Shown here: piece after piece, positions 9,580-19,021 of the stretch
Layout: each line of letters opens with the position of its first letter
Numbering within the stretch: the first letter of the stretch is position 1
DNA from: Gaiellales bacterium
GTDB taxonomy: Bacteria > Actinomycetota > Thermoleophilia > Gaiellales > Gaiellaceae
Direction: 5' to 3'
DNA length: 64,000 bases
NCBI GenBank assembly: GCA_038248655.1
Contig: JBBRXG010000003.1
Coordinates: 14,879 to 78,878 of the forward strand
Notes under the pieces: model-generated
Database searches by the model: none
What the model was told of the DNA's origin: nothing
Seen by the model: the letters and a program-made list of their open reading frames with translations, nothing else
Made by a program: the position numbers and the translations under genes

Positions 9580-10346
9580 ATCGTCGCGGTTCCGAGATAG
9601 GCGACGATGACGCGCTCGTCCGCCCGGACCTCCGCGGGGGACCCGTCGGCGATCGGGCGGCCGCGGTCGAGGACGATTACGCGCTCGGCGACGCTGCCGA
9701 CGAACTGCATGTCGTGCTCGACGATGATCTGCGTCAACCCTCGCTCGCGCAGGTCGTGGAAGAGCCGGCCGAGCGTCTCCTTCTCGCCGGCGCGGAGACC
9801 GGCCACCGGCTCGTCCAGCAGGAGTAGCGAGGGGCGCTGCGCCAGCACACGGGCGACCGCGATCAACCGCAGCTGGCCGAGCGGCAGCGATCCGATCGGG
9901 TCCGCGGCGCGACTCTCGAGGCCGACGAGCTCGAGCGCCCGGAGCGCCGCCTCGTGGATCTCGCGCTCCTCGCGCCACTGCCAGGGCGGTCGCAGGATCC
10001 CCTCGACGAACCCGGCTCGGGTCCAGGCGTGGCAGCCGACCATCACCGCGGTGAGCACGTCCAGCTCCAGGGGCGCGCGGGTGACCTGGAACACCGTGCC
10101 CAGCCCGTGGCGCGCGCGCTCGTGAGCCGGCCGGCCGGAGATGTCGCGCCCGCCGAGCAGGATTCGCCCCGCGTCCTGGTCGAGCGAGCCGGAGACGCAG
10201 TGCAACAGCGTCGACTTGCCGGCGCCGTTCGGGCCGATCAGGCAGGTGAGCGAGCCCGATTCGACCTCGAACGAGACGTCGTCGAGCGCGCGGACGGCGC
10301 CGAACGACTTCGAGATCCCCTCGAGGCGCAGCGCGGCCTCGGCCAT
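9576..10346 (-). CDS. ABC transporter ATP-binding protein (LivG-type)
   Basis: 256 aa with Walker A GPNGAGKST and Walker B LLLLDEP. Confidence 0.85.
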   Translation of the reverse strand: MAEAALRLEGISKSFGAVRALDDVSFEVESGSLTCLIGPNGAGKSTLLHCVSGSLDQDAGRILLGGRDISGRPAHERARHGLGTVFQVTRAPLELDVLTAVMVGCHAWTRAGFVEGILRPPWQWREEREIHEAALRALELVGLESRAADPIGSLPLGQLRLIAVARVLAQRPSLLLLDEPVAGLRAGEKETLGRLFHDLRERGLTQIIVEHDMQFVGSVAERVIVLDRGRPIADGSPAEVRADERVIVAYLGTATI

Positions 10347-10393
10347 CCGGCGAATATATAAGCGGTGCCGGGGCCCTTCGAGCGGAGAGCGGC

Positions 10394-11653
10394 GTGATCT
10401 TCGAGCGCGAGCTCGAGACGCTGCCGCGCTCCGAGCTGCGCCGGCTCCAGTCGCACCGGCTCCGCCGGGTCGTCGCCTACGTGCGCGAGCGCGTCCCCTT
10501 CTACGCGAAGCGGCTCGAGGGGATCGACGTCCACTCGACCGACGATCTGCCGTTCGTCCCCTTCACGCGCAAGGCCGACCTGCGCGACCACTACCCCTTC
10601 GGCCTCTTCGCCGTGCCGATGAGCGAGGTCGTCCGCATCCACGTCTCCTCCGGTACGACCGGCCAGCCGACCGTCGTCGGCTACACCCGCGGCGACGTCG
10701 ACGTGTTCGCGCGCGTCAACGCCCGCTCGCTGGCGATGGCCGGGGCCGAGCCCGGGATGATCCTCCACAACGCGTACGGCTACGGGCTCTTCACCGGCGG
10801 GCTCGGCCTCCACTACGGCGGCGAGCGCCTAGGCCTGGCGGTCGTCCCGATCTCCGGCGGCATGACCGAGCGCCAGCTGCTTCTGATCGAGCACTTCCGG
10901 CCGGACGTGCTCTGCGCGACGCCGAGCTACGCGCTGACGCTCGCGCACGAGCTTGCGACCCGCGGCGTCTCGCCCGAGGAGATCTCGCTCCGCTTCGCCT
11001 GCCTCGGCGCGGAGCCGTGGACCGAGACGATCCGCGCCGCCGTCGACGAGGAGCTCGGCATCCGCTCGACCAACATCTACGGTCTGTCCGAGATCATCGG
11101 TCCCGGGATCTCGAACGAGTGCGTCGAGGAGCGAGACGGCTCCCACGTCAACGAGGACCACTTCTATCCGGAGATCGTCGACCCGGAGTCGGGCGAGCCG
11201 CTGGCGGAGGGCGAGGAGGGCGTGCTGGTCCTGACGACGCTGACGAAGGAGGCGCTGCCTCTGCTCCGCTACTGGACGGGCGATGTGTGCTCGCTCTCGT
11301 CCGAGCCGTGCTCGTGCGGCCGCACGCTCCGGCGCATGAGCCTGATCAAGGGCCGGACGGACGACATGCTGATCGTCCGCGGCGTCAACGTCTACCCGTC
11401 CCAGGTCGAGGCGCTGCTCCCCGGCGTCCCCGGGTTGACGCCCGACTACCTGCTCGTCGTCACCCGCGAGGGGACGCTCGACGAGCTCGAGGTCCAGGTG
11501 GAGGGCTCCGGCCCGGCCGCCGCCGCCGAGCTCACGCGGCTGATCGGCGAGACGATCGGCTGCAGGGCGAGGGTCACGGTCGTCCCTCCGGGGACGTTGC
11601 CGCGCTCGGAGGGCGGGAAGGCGCAGCGGGTGCGCGACCTGCGCGAGCTGTGA
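10394..11653 (+). CDS. Phenylacetate-CoA ligase family protein (PaaK-like)
   Basis: 419 aa. N-terminus ELETLPRSELRRLQSHRLRRVVAYVRERVPFYAKRL, then SSGTTGQPT, then C-terminal RVRDLR. Confidence 0.8.
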   Translation: MIFERELETLPRSELRRLQSHRLRRVVAYVRERVPFYAKRLEGIDVHSTDDLPFVPFTRKADLRDHYPFGLFAVPMSEVVRIHVSSGTTGQPTVVGYTRGDVDVFARVNARSLAMAGAEPGMILHNAYGYGLFTGGLGLHYGGERLGLAVVPISGGMTERQLLLIEHFRPDVLCATPSYALTLAHELATRGVSPEEISLRFACLGAEPWTETIRAAVDEELGIRSTNIYGLSEIIGPGISNECVEERDGSHVNEDHFYPEIVDPESGEPLAEGEEGVLVLTTLTKEALPLLRYWTGDVCSLSSEPCSCGRTLRRMSLIKGRTDDMLIVRGVNVYPSQVEALLPGVPGLTPDYLLVVTREGTLDELEVQVEGSGPAAAAELTRLIGETIGCRARVTVVPPGTLPRSEGGKAQRVRDLREL

Positions 11654-12060
11654 GGCCGATCCCGACCGGCTTCGAGGGCCGCGTCTCGATCGTCGTCACG
11701 AAGGAGATGACGGTCGATTTCGAGGAGCTGGGTCGCGTCCACCCGGTGTACGCCACGTACTGGCTCGCGAAGCACATGGAGGAAGCGGGCCGGAAGATCA
11801 TCATCCCGTTCCTCGAGGACGGCGAGGAGGGGATCGGCAGCGCGGTCGCGGTCCGCCATCGCGCTCCGGCGTTCCCTGGTACGCGGATCGAGGTCGTCGC
11901 CGAGCACGAGCGGACGGAAGGCAACCGCGTCCATGTGCGCTGCCGCGCGCGGACGAGCGGCGGCAGGCTCGTCGGCGACGGCGAGACGGAGCAGACGATC
12001 CTGCCGGCCGGCCGGATCGAGGAGCTCCTGGCGGCGGCGAGACGGGAAGCGGGCGCATGA
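11650..12060 (+). CDS. Hotdog-fold thioesterase-like protein
   Basis: 136 codons from the GTG at 11650 (GTGA overlap with the PaaK-like stop): RPIPTGFEGRVSIVVTKEMTVDFEELGRVHPVYATYWLAKHMEEAGRK. It resembles FlK/thioesterase-superfamily proteins from memory. Confidence 0.5.
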   Translation: MRPIPTGFEGRVSIVVTKEMTVDFEELGRVHPVYATYWLAKHMEEAGRKIIIPFLEDGEEGIGSAVAVRHRAPAFPGTRIEVVAEHERTEGNRVHVRCRARTSGGRLVGDGETEQTILPAGRIEELLAAARREAGA

Positions 12061-13619
12061 TCTCCCCCGAGCACACGGGCGAGGCGATGCGCGCCGCCGA
12101 TCCCGGGCAGCGCACCCTGCCGGCGCTGCTCGAGCGCCAGTGCGAGCGCTTCGGCGACCGCCCGCTCCTCCGTGTCGGCGAGCGGAGCCTCGGCTTCCGG
12201 CTCGTCCGCGACTCCGCCGCCGCTCGAGCGGGCGCGCTCGCCGCAGCCGGGATCCGGCCCGGCGACCGGGTGGCCGTCTTCAGCGAGAACCGCTACGAGC
12301 CGCTCGAGCTCTGGCTGGGCTGCGCCTGGCTCGGAGCGATCTTCGTCCCGATCAACGCGGCGCTTCGCGGACGCCAGCTCGAGCACGTCCTGGCCGACTC
12401 GGACGCCCGCGTCATCGTCGTCGAGGAGGAGCTGCGCGGAGCGCTCGCCGCGGTCGCTCACCCCGACAGCCTCGAGCTGATCTGGGAGATCCCCGGCTCC
12501 TATCCCGTCCTCGGCCGGCCGGTCCCCCCGGCTCCGGCTCGTCCCGGCGACATCGCCGCGATCCTCTACACGTCGGGGACGACCGGACCCTCGAAGGGGG
12601 TGCTCTGCCCGCACGCGCAGTGGTACTGGTGGGCTGCGCTGACCGGCGAGGTGCTCGGGATCGGCGCCGACGACGTGCTCTTCACCTGTCTGCCGCTCTC
12701 CCACACGAACGCGCTGAACACCTTCTGGCAGGCGGTCCTCGCCGGCGCCGCCTACCACCTCGGGCCGCGGTTCTCCGCCTCGCGCTTCTGGAGTCGAGCC
12801 GCCGAGGCGGATGCGACCGTCACCTACCTGCTCGGCCCGATGGTCTCGATCCTGCTCAAGCAGCCTCCATCCTCCCTCGACCGCGCGCACCGTGTCCGCG
12901 TCGCGCTCGCCCCGGCCACCCCGCCGGAGCTGCACGAGCCGTTCCGCGAGCGGTTCGGCGTCGTCCTCGTCGATGCGTGGGGATCGACGGAGACGAACAT
13001 CGTCATCGCCAACAGGGCGGCCTCGCCGCGGCCCGGCACGCTCGGCCGCGTGCTGGCGCAGTTCGAGGCGCGCGTGGTCGACGACGAGGACGCCGAGGTC
13101 CCGGACGGATCCCCCGGCGAGCTCGTCGTCCGCAGCCGCGAGCCGTTCGCGTTCTCGCTCGGGTACTTCGGCCTGCCGCAGGCGACCGTCGCCGCCTGGC
13201 GGAACCTCTGGTTCCACACCGGTGACCGCGTCGTCCGCGAGGCCGGGGGTGTCTACCGCTTCGTCGATCGCCAGAAGGACGTGATTCGCCGGCGCGGCGA
13301 GAACATCTCCTCGTTCGAGGTCGAGCAGGTCCTCCACTCGCACCCGGACGTGACCGCGGCCGCGGTCGTCGCGGTCCCCTCCGAGCTCGGGGAGGACGAG
13401 GTGCTCGCGTGCGTCGTCGCCCGGCGGGGCACGGTCCTCGACCCGGCGGCGCTCGCCCGCTTCTGCGAGGGGCGGATCGCGCGGTTCGCGATCCCGCGCT
13501 ACGTCGAGGTCGTCGACGCGCTTCCGCTCACGCCGAGCGGGAAGGTGGAGAAGTACCGCCTGCGCCGGCGAGGCATCCTCCCCTCGACCTGGGATCGCGA
13601 GCAGGCGGGGGCGGCGTGA
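12057..13619 (+). CDS. AMP-dependent acyl-CoA synthetase/ligase
   Basis: 520 aa with the AMP-binding motifs LYTSGTTGPSKG, GSTET, TGD and PSGKVEK. Confidence 0.8.
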   Translation: MISPEHTGEAMRAADPGQRTLPALLERQCERFGDRPLLRVGERSLGFRLVRDSAAARAGALAAAGIRPGDRVAVFSENRYEPLELWLGCAWLGAIFVPINAALRGRQLEHVLADSDARVIVVEEELRGALAAVAHPDSLELIWEIPGSYPVLGRPVPPAPARPGDIAAILYTSGTTGPSKGVLCPHAQWYWWAALTGEVLGIGADDVLFTCLPLSHTNALNTFWQAVLAGAAYHLGPRFSASRFWSRAAEADATVTYLLGPMVSILLKQPPSSLDRAHRVRVALAPATPPELHEPFRERFGVVLVDAWGSTETNIVIANRAASPRPGTLGRVLAQFEARVVDDEDAEVPDGSPGELVVRSREPFAFSLGYFGLPQATVAAWRNLWFHTGDRVVREAGGVYRFVDRQKDVIRRRGENISSFEVEQVLHSHPDVTAAAVVAVPSELGEDEVLACVVARRGTVLDPAALARFCEGRIARFAIPRYVEVVDALPLTPSGKVEKYRLRRRGILPSTWDREQAGAA

Positions 13620-14743
13620 TCGCGGGGGCGGCGGAGACGCGCTACGCGCGCCGGCCGGGGCCGGAGACGACGCTGACGCTGCTCGCCGCCGCTGCCCGGG
13701 GCGCGCTCGGAGACGCGGGGTTCGAGCTGCGCGACGTCGACGGGCTCGCCGTTTCCTCGTTCACCCTCGCGCCCGACCACGCCGCCGACGTCGCCTGGCG
13801 GCTCGGGCTGCGCCTGCGTTGGCTGATGGAGGATACGAGCGGCGGGGCCTCCGGCCTGAACATGCTCCAGCACGCGACGCGGGCGGTCGAGGCAGGGGAC
13901 GCGGAGGTCGTGCTCGTCCTCGCCGGCGACCGGTTCGGCGAGGGTGACTTCGGCCGCCTCGCCGCCGCGTACAACGGCGCGACCCGCGACCACCTGGCGC
14001 CGATCCCCCACGGCGGGCCGAACGCGCTCTTCGCGCTCTTGACCCTGCGGCACATGCGGGCCGAGGGCCTCACCCGCGACACCTACGGCCGGCTCGTCGT
14101 CGCGCAACGCACGTGGGCGAGCTCGAATCCCGGCGCGCTTCACCGGCAGCCGCTCACGCTGCAGGACTACCTGGCCGCGCCGACCGTGGTCGAGCCGCTC
14201 GGACTCTACGACTGCGTCCCGATCGTCTCGGGAGCGGATGCGGTCGTGGTCGCCGCGAGGCCCCGCCCGGGCTCCCCGCGGGTCGAGGTCAGCGCCCTCG
14301 TCGCGGCCTACAACCCCGATCACCAGGAGGGAGACGGACTGCGCACCGGGCTCGGCGAGGCGGCCCCGGCCCTCTGGGACAGCGCCGGGGTGGGTCCGGG
14401 GGACGTCGACGTCGCCGCCGTCTACGACGACTACCCGGCGATGGTGCTGATCCAGCTCGCCGACCTCGGGCTCGTCGAGAACGGAGACTCCGCCCGCTTC
14501 GTCGAAGAGGTGATCGCCACCCGCCGGCTGCCCGTGAACACCTCGGGCGGCCAACTCGCCGCCGGGCAGGCCGGCGCAGCGGGGGGCCTCCACGGCCTCG
14601 TCGAGGCGGTGCGACAGCTTCGCGGCCGGGCGGGCGAGCGCCAGGTCGAGGACGCTCGGGTCGCGCTCGTCACGGGCTACGGCATGGTCGCCTACCGCTA
14701 CGGCGCGTGCGCCAACGCAGCAGTGCTCCGGCGGCTGGAATGA
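13616..14743 (+). CDS. Thiolase-like protein (SCP-x/lipid-transfer type)
   Basis: 375 codons from the GTG at 13616 (GTGA overlap). The thiolase fold is judged by eye, and the gene is followed by a DUF35-type partner. Confidence 0.65.
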   Translation: MIAGAAETRYARRPGPETTLTLLAAAARGALGDAGFELRDVDGLAVSSFTLAPDHAADVAWRLGLRLRWLMEDTSGGASGLNMLQHATRAVEAGDAEVVLVLAGDRFGEGDFGRLAAAYNGATRDHLAPIPHGGPNALFALLTLRHMRAEGLTRDTYGRLVVAQRTWASSNPGALHRQPLTLQDYLAAPTVVEPLGLYDCVPIVSGADAVVVAARPRPGSPRVEVSALVAAYNPDHQEGDGLRTGLGEAAPALWDSAGVGPGDVDVAAVYDDYPAMVLIQLADLGLVENGDSARFVEEVIATRRLPVNTSGGQLAAGQAGAAGGLHGLVEAVRQLRGRAGERQVEDARVALVTGYGMVAYRYGACANAAVLRRLE

Positions 14744-15045
14744 CCGGCGTTCCCGTCTCCGTCTGCGCGCGCTGCCGGCGCGTGGTCTTCCCCGCGCGCG
14801 AGCTGTGCCCGGGCTGCGGATCTTCCCACTGGCATCGCGACGAGCGCTCGGCCGGTGTCGTCGAGGACGCGACGGTGGTCGAGCGGGCGCCCCGCGGGCT
14901 GCGGGCCGGCGCCCGAGTCGGAACGGTGCGCCTGGACGACGGCCCCCGTCTCGTCGCCCGCCTCGGGCCGGGGGCGGAGATCGGCGCCCGAGTGCGAGTC
15001 GTGATCGAGGAAGGTGCGCCGGTCGCGCTACGGTACCCCGTGTAA
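14740..15045 (+). CDS. Zn-ribbon/OB-fold protein (DUF35-like partner of thiolase-like proteins)
   Basis: 101 codons from the ATG at 14740 (ATGA overlap). It has CxxC...CxxC (CARCRRVVFPARELCPGCGS) followed by an OB-like C-terminus. Confidence 0.6.
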   Translation: MTGVPVSVCARCRRVVFPARELCPGCGSSHWHRDERSAGVVEDATVVERAPRGLRAGARVGTVRLDDGPRLVARLGPGAEIGARVRVVIEEGAPVALRYPV

Positions 15046-15059
15046 GCGGAACCGCTCCG

Positions 15060-16007
15060 ATGGCCAAGCCCTTCGCCTCCAGCACCGACCTCGAGCAGAA
15101 GCCCTCCACGCTCGAGGAGATCGCGGAGGGCGTGTACGCGTTCACGGCCGAGGGCGACCCGAACGTGGGCGCGGTGGTCGGCCCCGAGTCCGTCCTCTGC
15201 GTGGATGCGCGGGCGACGCCGACGGCGGCGGGCGAATGGCTCGCTGCGCTCCGCGAGCGCACCGAGAAGCCGGTCGAGCTCCTCGTGCTCACGCACTACC
15301 ACGCCGTCCGGGTGCTCGGCGCCTCCGCCTTCGACGCCCGGCACATCGTCACGCATGCGAGCACGCACCGGTGGATCCGCGACCGCGGCGCGCAGGATTG
15401 GGAGTCGGAGTACCGGCGGTTTCCGCGCCTGTTCGAGGACGCGACGTCGATTCCCGGGCTGACCGTGCCGGACCTGGTCTTCGCCGACCGGCTCACGGTC
15501 TTCCTCGGCAACCGGGAGGTCCAGCTCCGCTGGCTCGGCCGCGGCCACACGGCCGGCGACACGGTGGTCTGGTTGCCGGAGGAGCGCGTCCTCTTCGCCG
15601 GCGACCTCGTCGAGGCGCGGGCGGCGCCGTACATGGGCGACGCCTTCGTCGAGGACTGGCAGGCGGGCACGCTCGCCGGTATCGAAGCGCTCTCGCCCGA
15701 GGCGCTCGTGCCCGGACGCGGTCCGGCGCTCCGGGGCGACGAGGTCGGCCGCGCGATCGCCGAGACCGGCGAGTACCTGCAGGCGGTCTGGTCGACGGTT
15801 CGCGGCGCCCGCGAGCGGGGCGAGGGGCTGAAGGACGCGGCGGCGTCGGCGCGGGCCGCGCTCGAGCCTCGCTTCGGGGACTGGTGGATCTTCGAGCACT
15901 GCTTCCCGTTCAACGTCGCCCGCTGCTACGACGAGGCGGGCGGGGTCGAGCCGCGAGTCTGGACCGCCGAGCGGGACGCCGAGGTCTGGGCCGGGCTGCA
16001 GGGGTAG
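15060..16007 (+). CDS. MBL-fold metallo-hydrolase
   Basis: 316 codons from the ATG at 15060, with THYHAVRV (HxHxD-like) and later GHTAGD. Confidence 0.75.
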   Translation: MAKPFASSTDLEQKPSTLEEIAEGVYAFTAEGDPNVGAVVGPESVLCVDARATPTAAGEWLAALRERTEKPVELLVLTHYHAVRVLGASAFDARHIVTHASTHRWIRDRGAQDWESEYRRFPRLFEDATSIPGLTVPDLVFADRLTVFLGNREVQLRWLGRGHTAGDTVVWLPEERVLFAGDLVEARAAPYMGDAFVEDWQAGTLAGIEALSPEALVPGRGPALRGDEVGRAIAETGEYLQAVWSTVRGARERGEGLKDAAASARAALEPRFGDWWIFEHCFPFNVARCYDEAGGVEPRVWTAERDAEVWAGLQG

Positions 16008-16010
16008 GTC

Positions 16011-17432
16011 GTGGCCGAGCCGGTCGTGATCGTCGGGGCCGGTCCAGTGGGGACGACGCTCGCCCTCGAGCTCGCCCGCCACGACGTCCGCACGATCGTC
16101 CTCGACCGCACGTCCGGACTCCAGCCGACCGGCTCGCGTGCGATCGTGCTCGCCCGGCACGCGATCGAGGCGTTCCGGCGGCTCGGCTGCGGCGCGGCGA
16201 TCCTGCGGAAGGGAGTCGCCTTGACGCGAGCGCGGACGTACTTCCGCGACGTGGAGCTGTTCAGCGTCGAGTTCCCGCCGCCCGGGGCCGACGAGATCCC
16301 CCGGTTCCTCAACCTGCAGCAGACGTACACCGAGCGCTTCCTCCACGAGCGGGTGCGGGAGACGCCGCAGATCGACCTGCGCTGGCAGAGCGAGGTGATC
16401 GGCCTCGCCGACGACGGGCGCGGCGTCACCGTCACGCTTACCGACGGGACGCGGGTCCGCGGCTCGTACGCCGTCGGCTGCGACGGAGCCCACGGCGTCG
16501 TCCGCAAGCTGATCGGGGTCGAGCTCGAAGGCAAGTCCTACGACGATCGTTTCCTGATCGCCGATATCCGGGCCGAGCTTCCGTTCCCGAGCGAACGGCG
16601 ACTGTTCTTCGACCCGGCTGCCAACCGGGGCCGTCAGGTCCTCATCCACCCCCAGCCGGACGGCGAGTGGCGGATAGACTGGCAGGTCGCGGGCGAGACG
16701 GACGCCGAGCAGGAGCGCTCGTCGGGCCGGCTGGACGGACGGATTCGGGCGATCTTCGGCGACGCTCCGTACGAGCTCGTCTGGATCACCTCCTACCGCT
16801 TCCACGAGCGGCTCGCGAGCCGATTCCGCGTCGGCCGCGTGTTCCTCGCCGGCGACACCGCGCATCTGTTCGCGCCGTTCGGGGCGCGTGGCATGAACAG
16901 CGGCGTCGAGGACGCCGGCAACCTCGCCTGGAAGCTGGCCTACGTCCTGCGCGGCGACGCGCCCGAGTCGCTGCTCGAGTCGTACGAGCGCGAGCGCCGG
17001 CAGGCGGCGACGCGGAACCTGAAGGTGACGAGCGCGACGATGCGCTTCATGGTCCCGCCCACGCGCGCCCACCGCCTGCTGCGCGACGCGATCCTGCGCG
17101 CGAGCGTCAGAAGCACGGTCGCGCGACGCTTCGTCGACGGCGGCAGGCTCGCCGAGCCGGCCCGGTACGGCGGTGGCGACAGCCTGGTCGGCCGGCTCGC
17201 CCCGGCAGGTCTGCGGGCGAGCCTGACGGGGGCGGCTTTCACCGTCGTCTGCATCGCGGCCGGCGCGCCAAGCGTCCGCGGCGTGGCGACGACCGAGCTC
17301 GAGGAGCTCGACGGCCTCCCGCCGCGGACGTGCCTGCTCGTCCGCCCGGACGGCTACGTCGCGGCACGGCTCGCCTCGCCCGATGCGGCCGCGATCCGGG
17401 CCGCCCTCGCCGAGGCGCTGTCCCGAGGGTGA
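16011..17432 (+). CDS. FAD-dependent aromatic-ring monooxygenase (class A, MhpA/PheA-like)
   Basis: 473 aa with GAGPVG dinucleotide fold, DGAHGVVR, and GDTAHLFAPFGARGMNSGVEDAGNLAWKL. Confidence 0.8.
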   Translation: MAEPVVIVGAGPVGTTLALELARHDVRTIVLDRTSGLQPTGSRAIVLARHAIEAFRRLGCGAAILRKGVALTRARTYFRDVELFSVEFPPPGADEIPRFLNLQQTYTERFLHERVRETPQIDLRWQSEVIGLADDGRGVTVTLTDGTRVRGSYAVGCDGAHGVVRKLIGVELEGKSYDDRFLIADIRAELPFPSERRLFFDPAANRGRQVLIHPQPDGEWRIDWQVAGETDAEQERSSGRLDGRIRAIFGDAPYELVWITSYRFHERLASRFRVGRVFLAGDTAHLFAPFGARGMNSGVEDAGNLAWKLAYVLRGDAPESLLESYERERRQAATRNLKVTSATMRFMVPPTRAHRLLRDAILRASVRSTVARRFVDGGRLAEPARYGGGDSLVGRLAPAGLRASLTGAAFTVVCIAAGAPSVRGVATTELEELDGLPPRTCLLVRPDGYVAARLASPDAAAIRAALAEALSRG

Positions 17433-17439
17433 AGCGGGG

Positions 17440-19010
17440 GCGTAGCCGGTCAAAGTCCCTATGACCGGGGCCGGCCACCTGCGTGGGATGAAATGCTGGC
17501 GTGGTGGCCGCCGGGTGTGGTTGCCGACGCTTCTTGCAGCCTCGTGCGCGTTCAAAGTCTGGTGCGGGGGCCTTGAGGACCGTTGAGTGTCGCTGCGAGC
17601 ACGAACCCCAGATTCCCGCTTCGCTCGGTCTTCCTCCCGGCGGCGAGCTACGACGACTGGGAGGTGAGCGTGATGAAGCAGATCAGGGACCGGGTTGCCG
17701 GTCTGGATGTGCATCGGGACACGGTGGTCGCTTGCTGCCGGCTGCGTGATCCCGACGGCGAGGTCGAGGTGAGCGGCCGTTCGCGACGACCCGTGGGGGG
17801 CTGTCCGAGCTGGCGGCGTTCCTCCGCGACGCGGCGGTGACGACGGTGGCGATGGAGGCGACCGGCGTCTACTGGAAGGGCCCCGTACTACGCGCTCGAG
17901 GGGCTGTTCGAGGAGCTGTGGCTGTGCAACGCCCAGCACGTCAAGAACGTCCCCGGGCGCAAGAGCGACCTCTCCGATGCCGAGTGGCTGGCGGACGTGG
18001 CCGCGCACGGGATGGTGCGCCCGAGCTTCGTGCCGCCGCCGGCGATCCGGGAGCTGCGCGAGCTGACCCGCTACCGCAAGACGCAGGTAGACGCGCGGGC
18101 GAAGGAGATCCAGCGTCTGGAGAAGGTACTCCAGGACGCCGGGATCAAGCTGACCTCGGTCGCCTCCGCGGTCTGGAGTGCCTCCTCGCGCGCGATGGTC
18201 GAGGCGCTGATCGCCGGTGAGCGCGACCCGGCCGTGCTCGCCCGGCTGGCCAAGGGGCGGATGCGTTCGAAGGTCGCCCGGCTCGAGGAGGCGCTGGCGG
18301 GCAGCTTCGGCTCCCACCACGCGATCGTCTGCCGGCAGATCATCGAGCACATCGATTTCCTCGACTCCTCGCTCGCCGCGCTGAACGAGGAGATCACCGC
18401 CCGGCTCGTCCCTTTTGAGCCGGCGCTCGCGTTGATCAGCTCGATCACCGGCATCTCACGCACGACCGCCGAGGTGATCGTCGCCGAGACCGGCGCCGAC
18501 ATGTCTCGCTTCCCGAGCGCGGGCCACCTCTGCGCCTGGGCGGGGCTGGCGCCGGCCAGCTACGAGTCGGCCGGTAAACGACGCCCGGCCGGCACCCGCC
18601 ATGGCGCGCCCTGGCTGCGCCGCACGCTCATCGAAGCCGCCAGGGCGGGGGCGCGCAGCAAGGGCAGCTACTTCTCCGCCCAATACGCGCGGATCGCCCG
18701 ACGACGCGGCCCGAACAAGGCCGCGGTCGCCGTCGCCCACTCCATGCTCGCGGTCGTCTGGCATCTGCTCACCACCGGCGCCTTCTACCAGGACCCCGGC
18801 GCCGACTACTTCGAGCGTCGCCACGATCCCGTCGTCGAGGCGAAGCGGCTCAGACAACGGATCGAGGCGCTCGGATTCGAGGTCATCCTGCACGAGAAGG
18901 CGGCATAGCTCCCCACTCGCGCTCAACCACACCCGACATCTTCACCCGACCGAACGAGGTCCTCCTCGCACGCTCACAAACCCGCGACAGGCAAGGCATT
19001 TCACCCCAGC
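17440..19010 (+). mobile_element. IS110-family insertion sequence (boundaries approximate)
   Basis: It contains a DEDD/Transposase_20-type transposase gene. It has about 230 nt of structured non-coding 5' arm and about 100 nt of 3' arm. No terminal inverted repeats are seen, as expected for IS110. Confidence 0.6.
17673..18908 (+). pseudogene. IS110-family transposase interrupted by two frameshifts
   Basis: The protein is split across three reading segments. MKQIRDRVAGLDVHRDTVVAC... is in frame 0. ...RPFATTRGGLSELAAFLRDAAVTTVAMEATGVYWK is in frame 2. YYALEGLFEELWLCNAQHVKNVPGRKSDLSDAEWLA...SYESAGKRR...HEKAA is back in frame 0. The shifts lie near 17770 and 17880. A GGAGG RBS precedes the ATG at 17673. 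Confidence 0.8.
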
Positions 19011-19021
19011 AGGAGTGGGTA

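Noticed and set aside
14670-18350. Very long ORFs antisense to or overlapping the annotated genes. Examples: 14670..18350 (1226 aa), 2849..5140, 29721..32078, 33693..35351, 41800..43797, 44249..46315, 47091..49040, 58963..61674, 60831..62828.
   Set aside because: They are Arg/Pro/Gly/Ala-rich with no recognisable motifs. They lie opposite ORFs with clear family signatures and high GC3. This is the classic stop-codon-poor shadow-ORF artefact of ~70% GC DNA.
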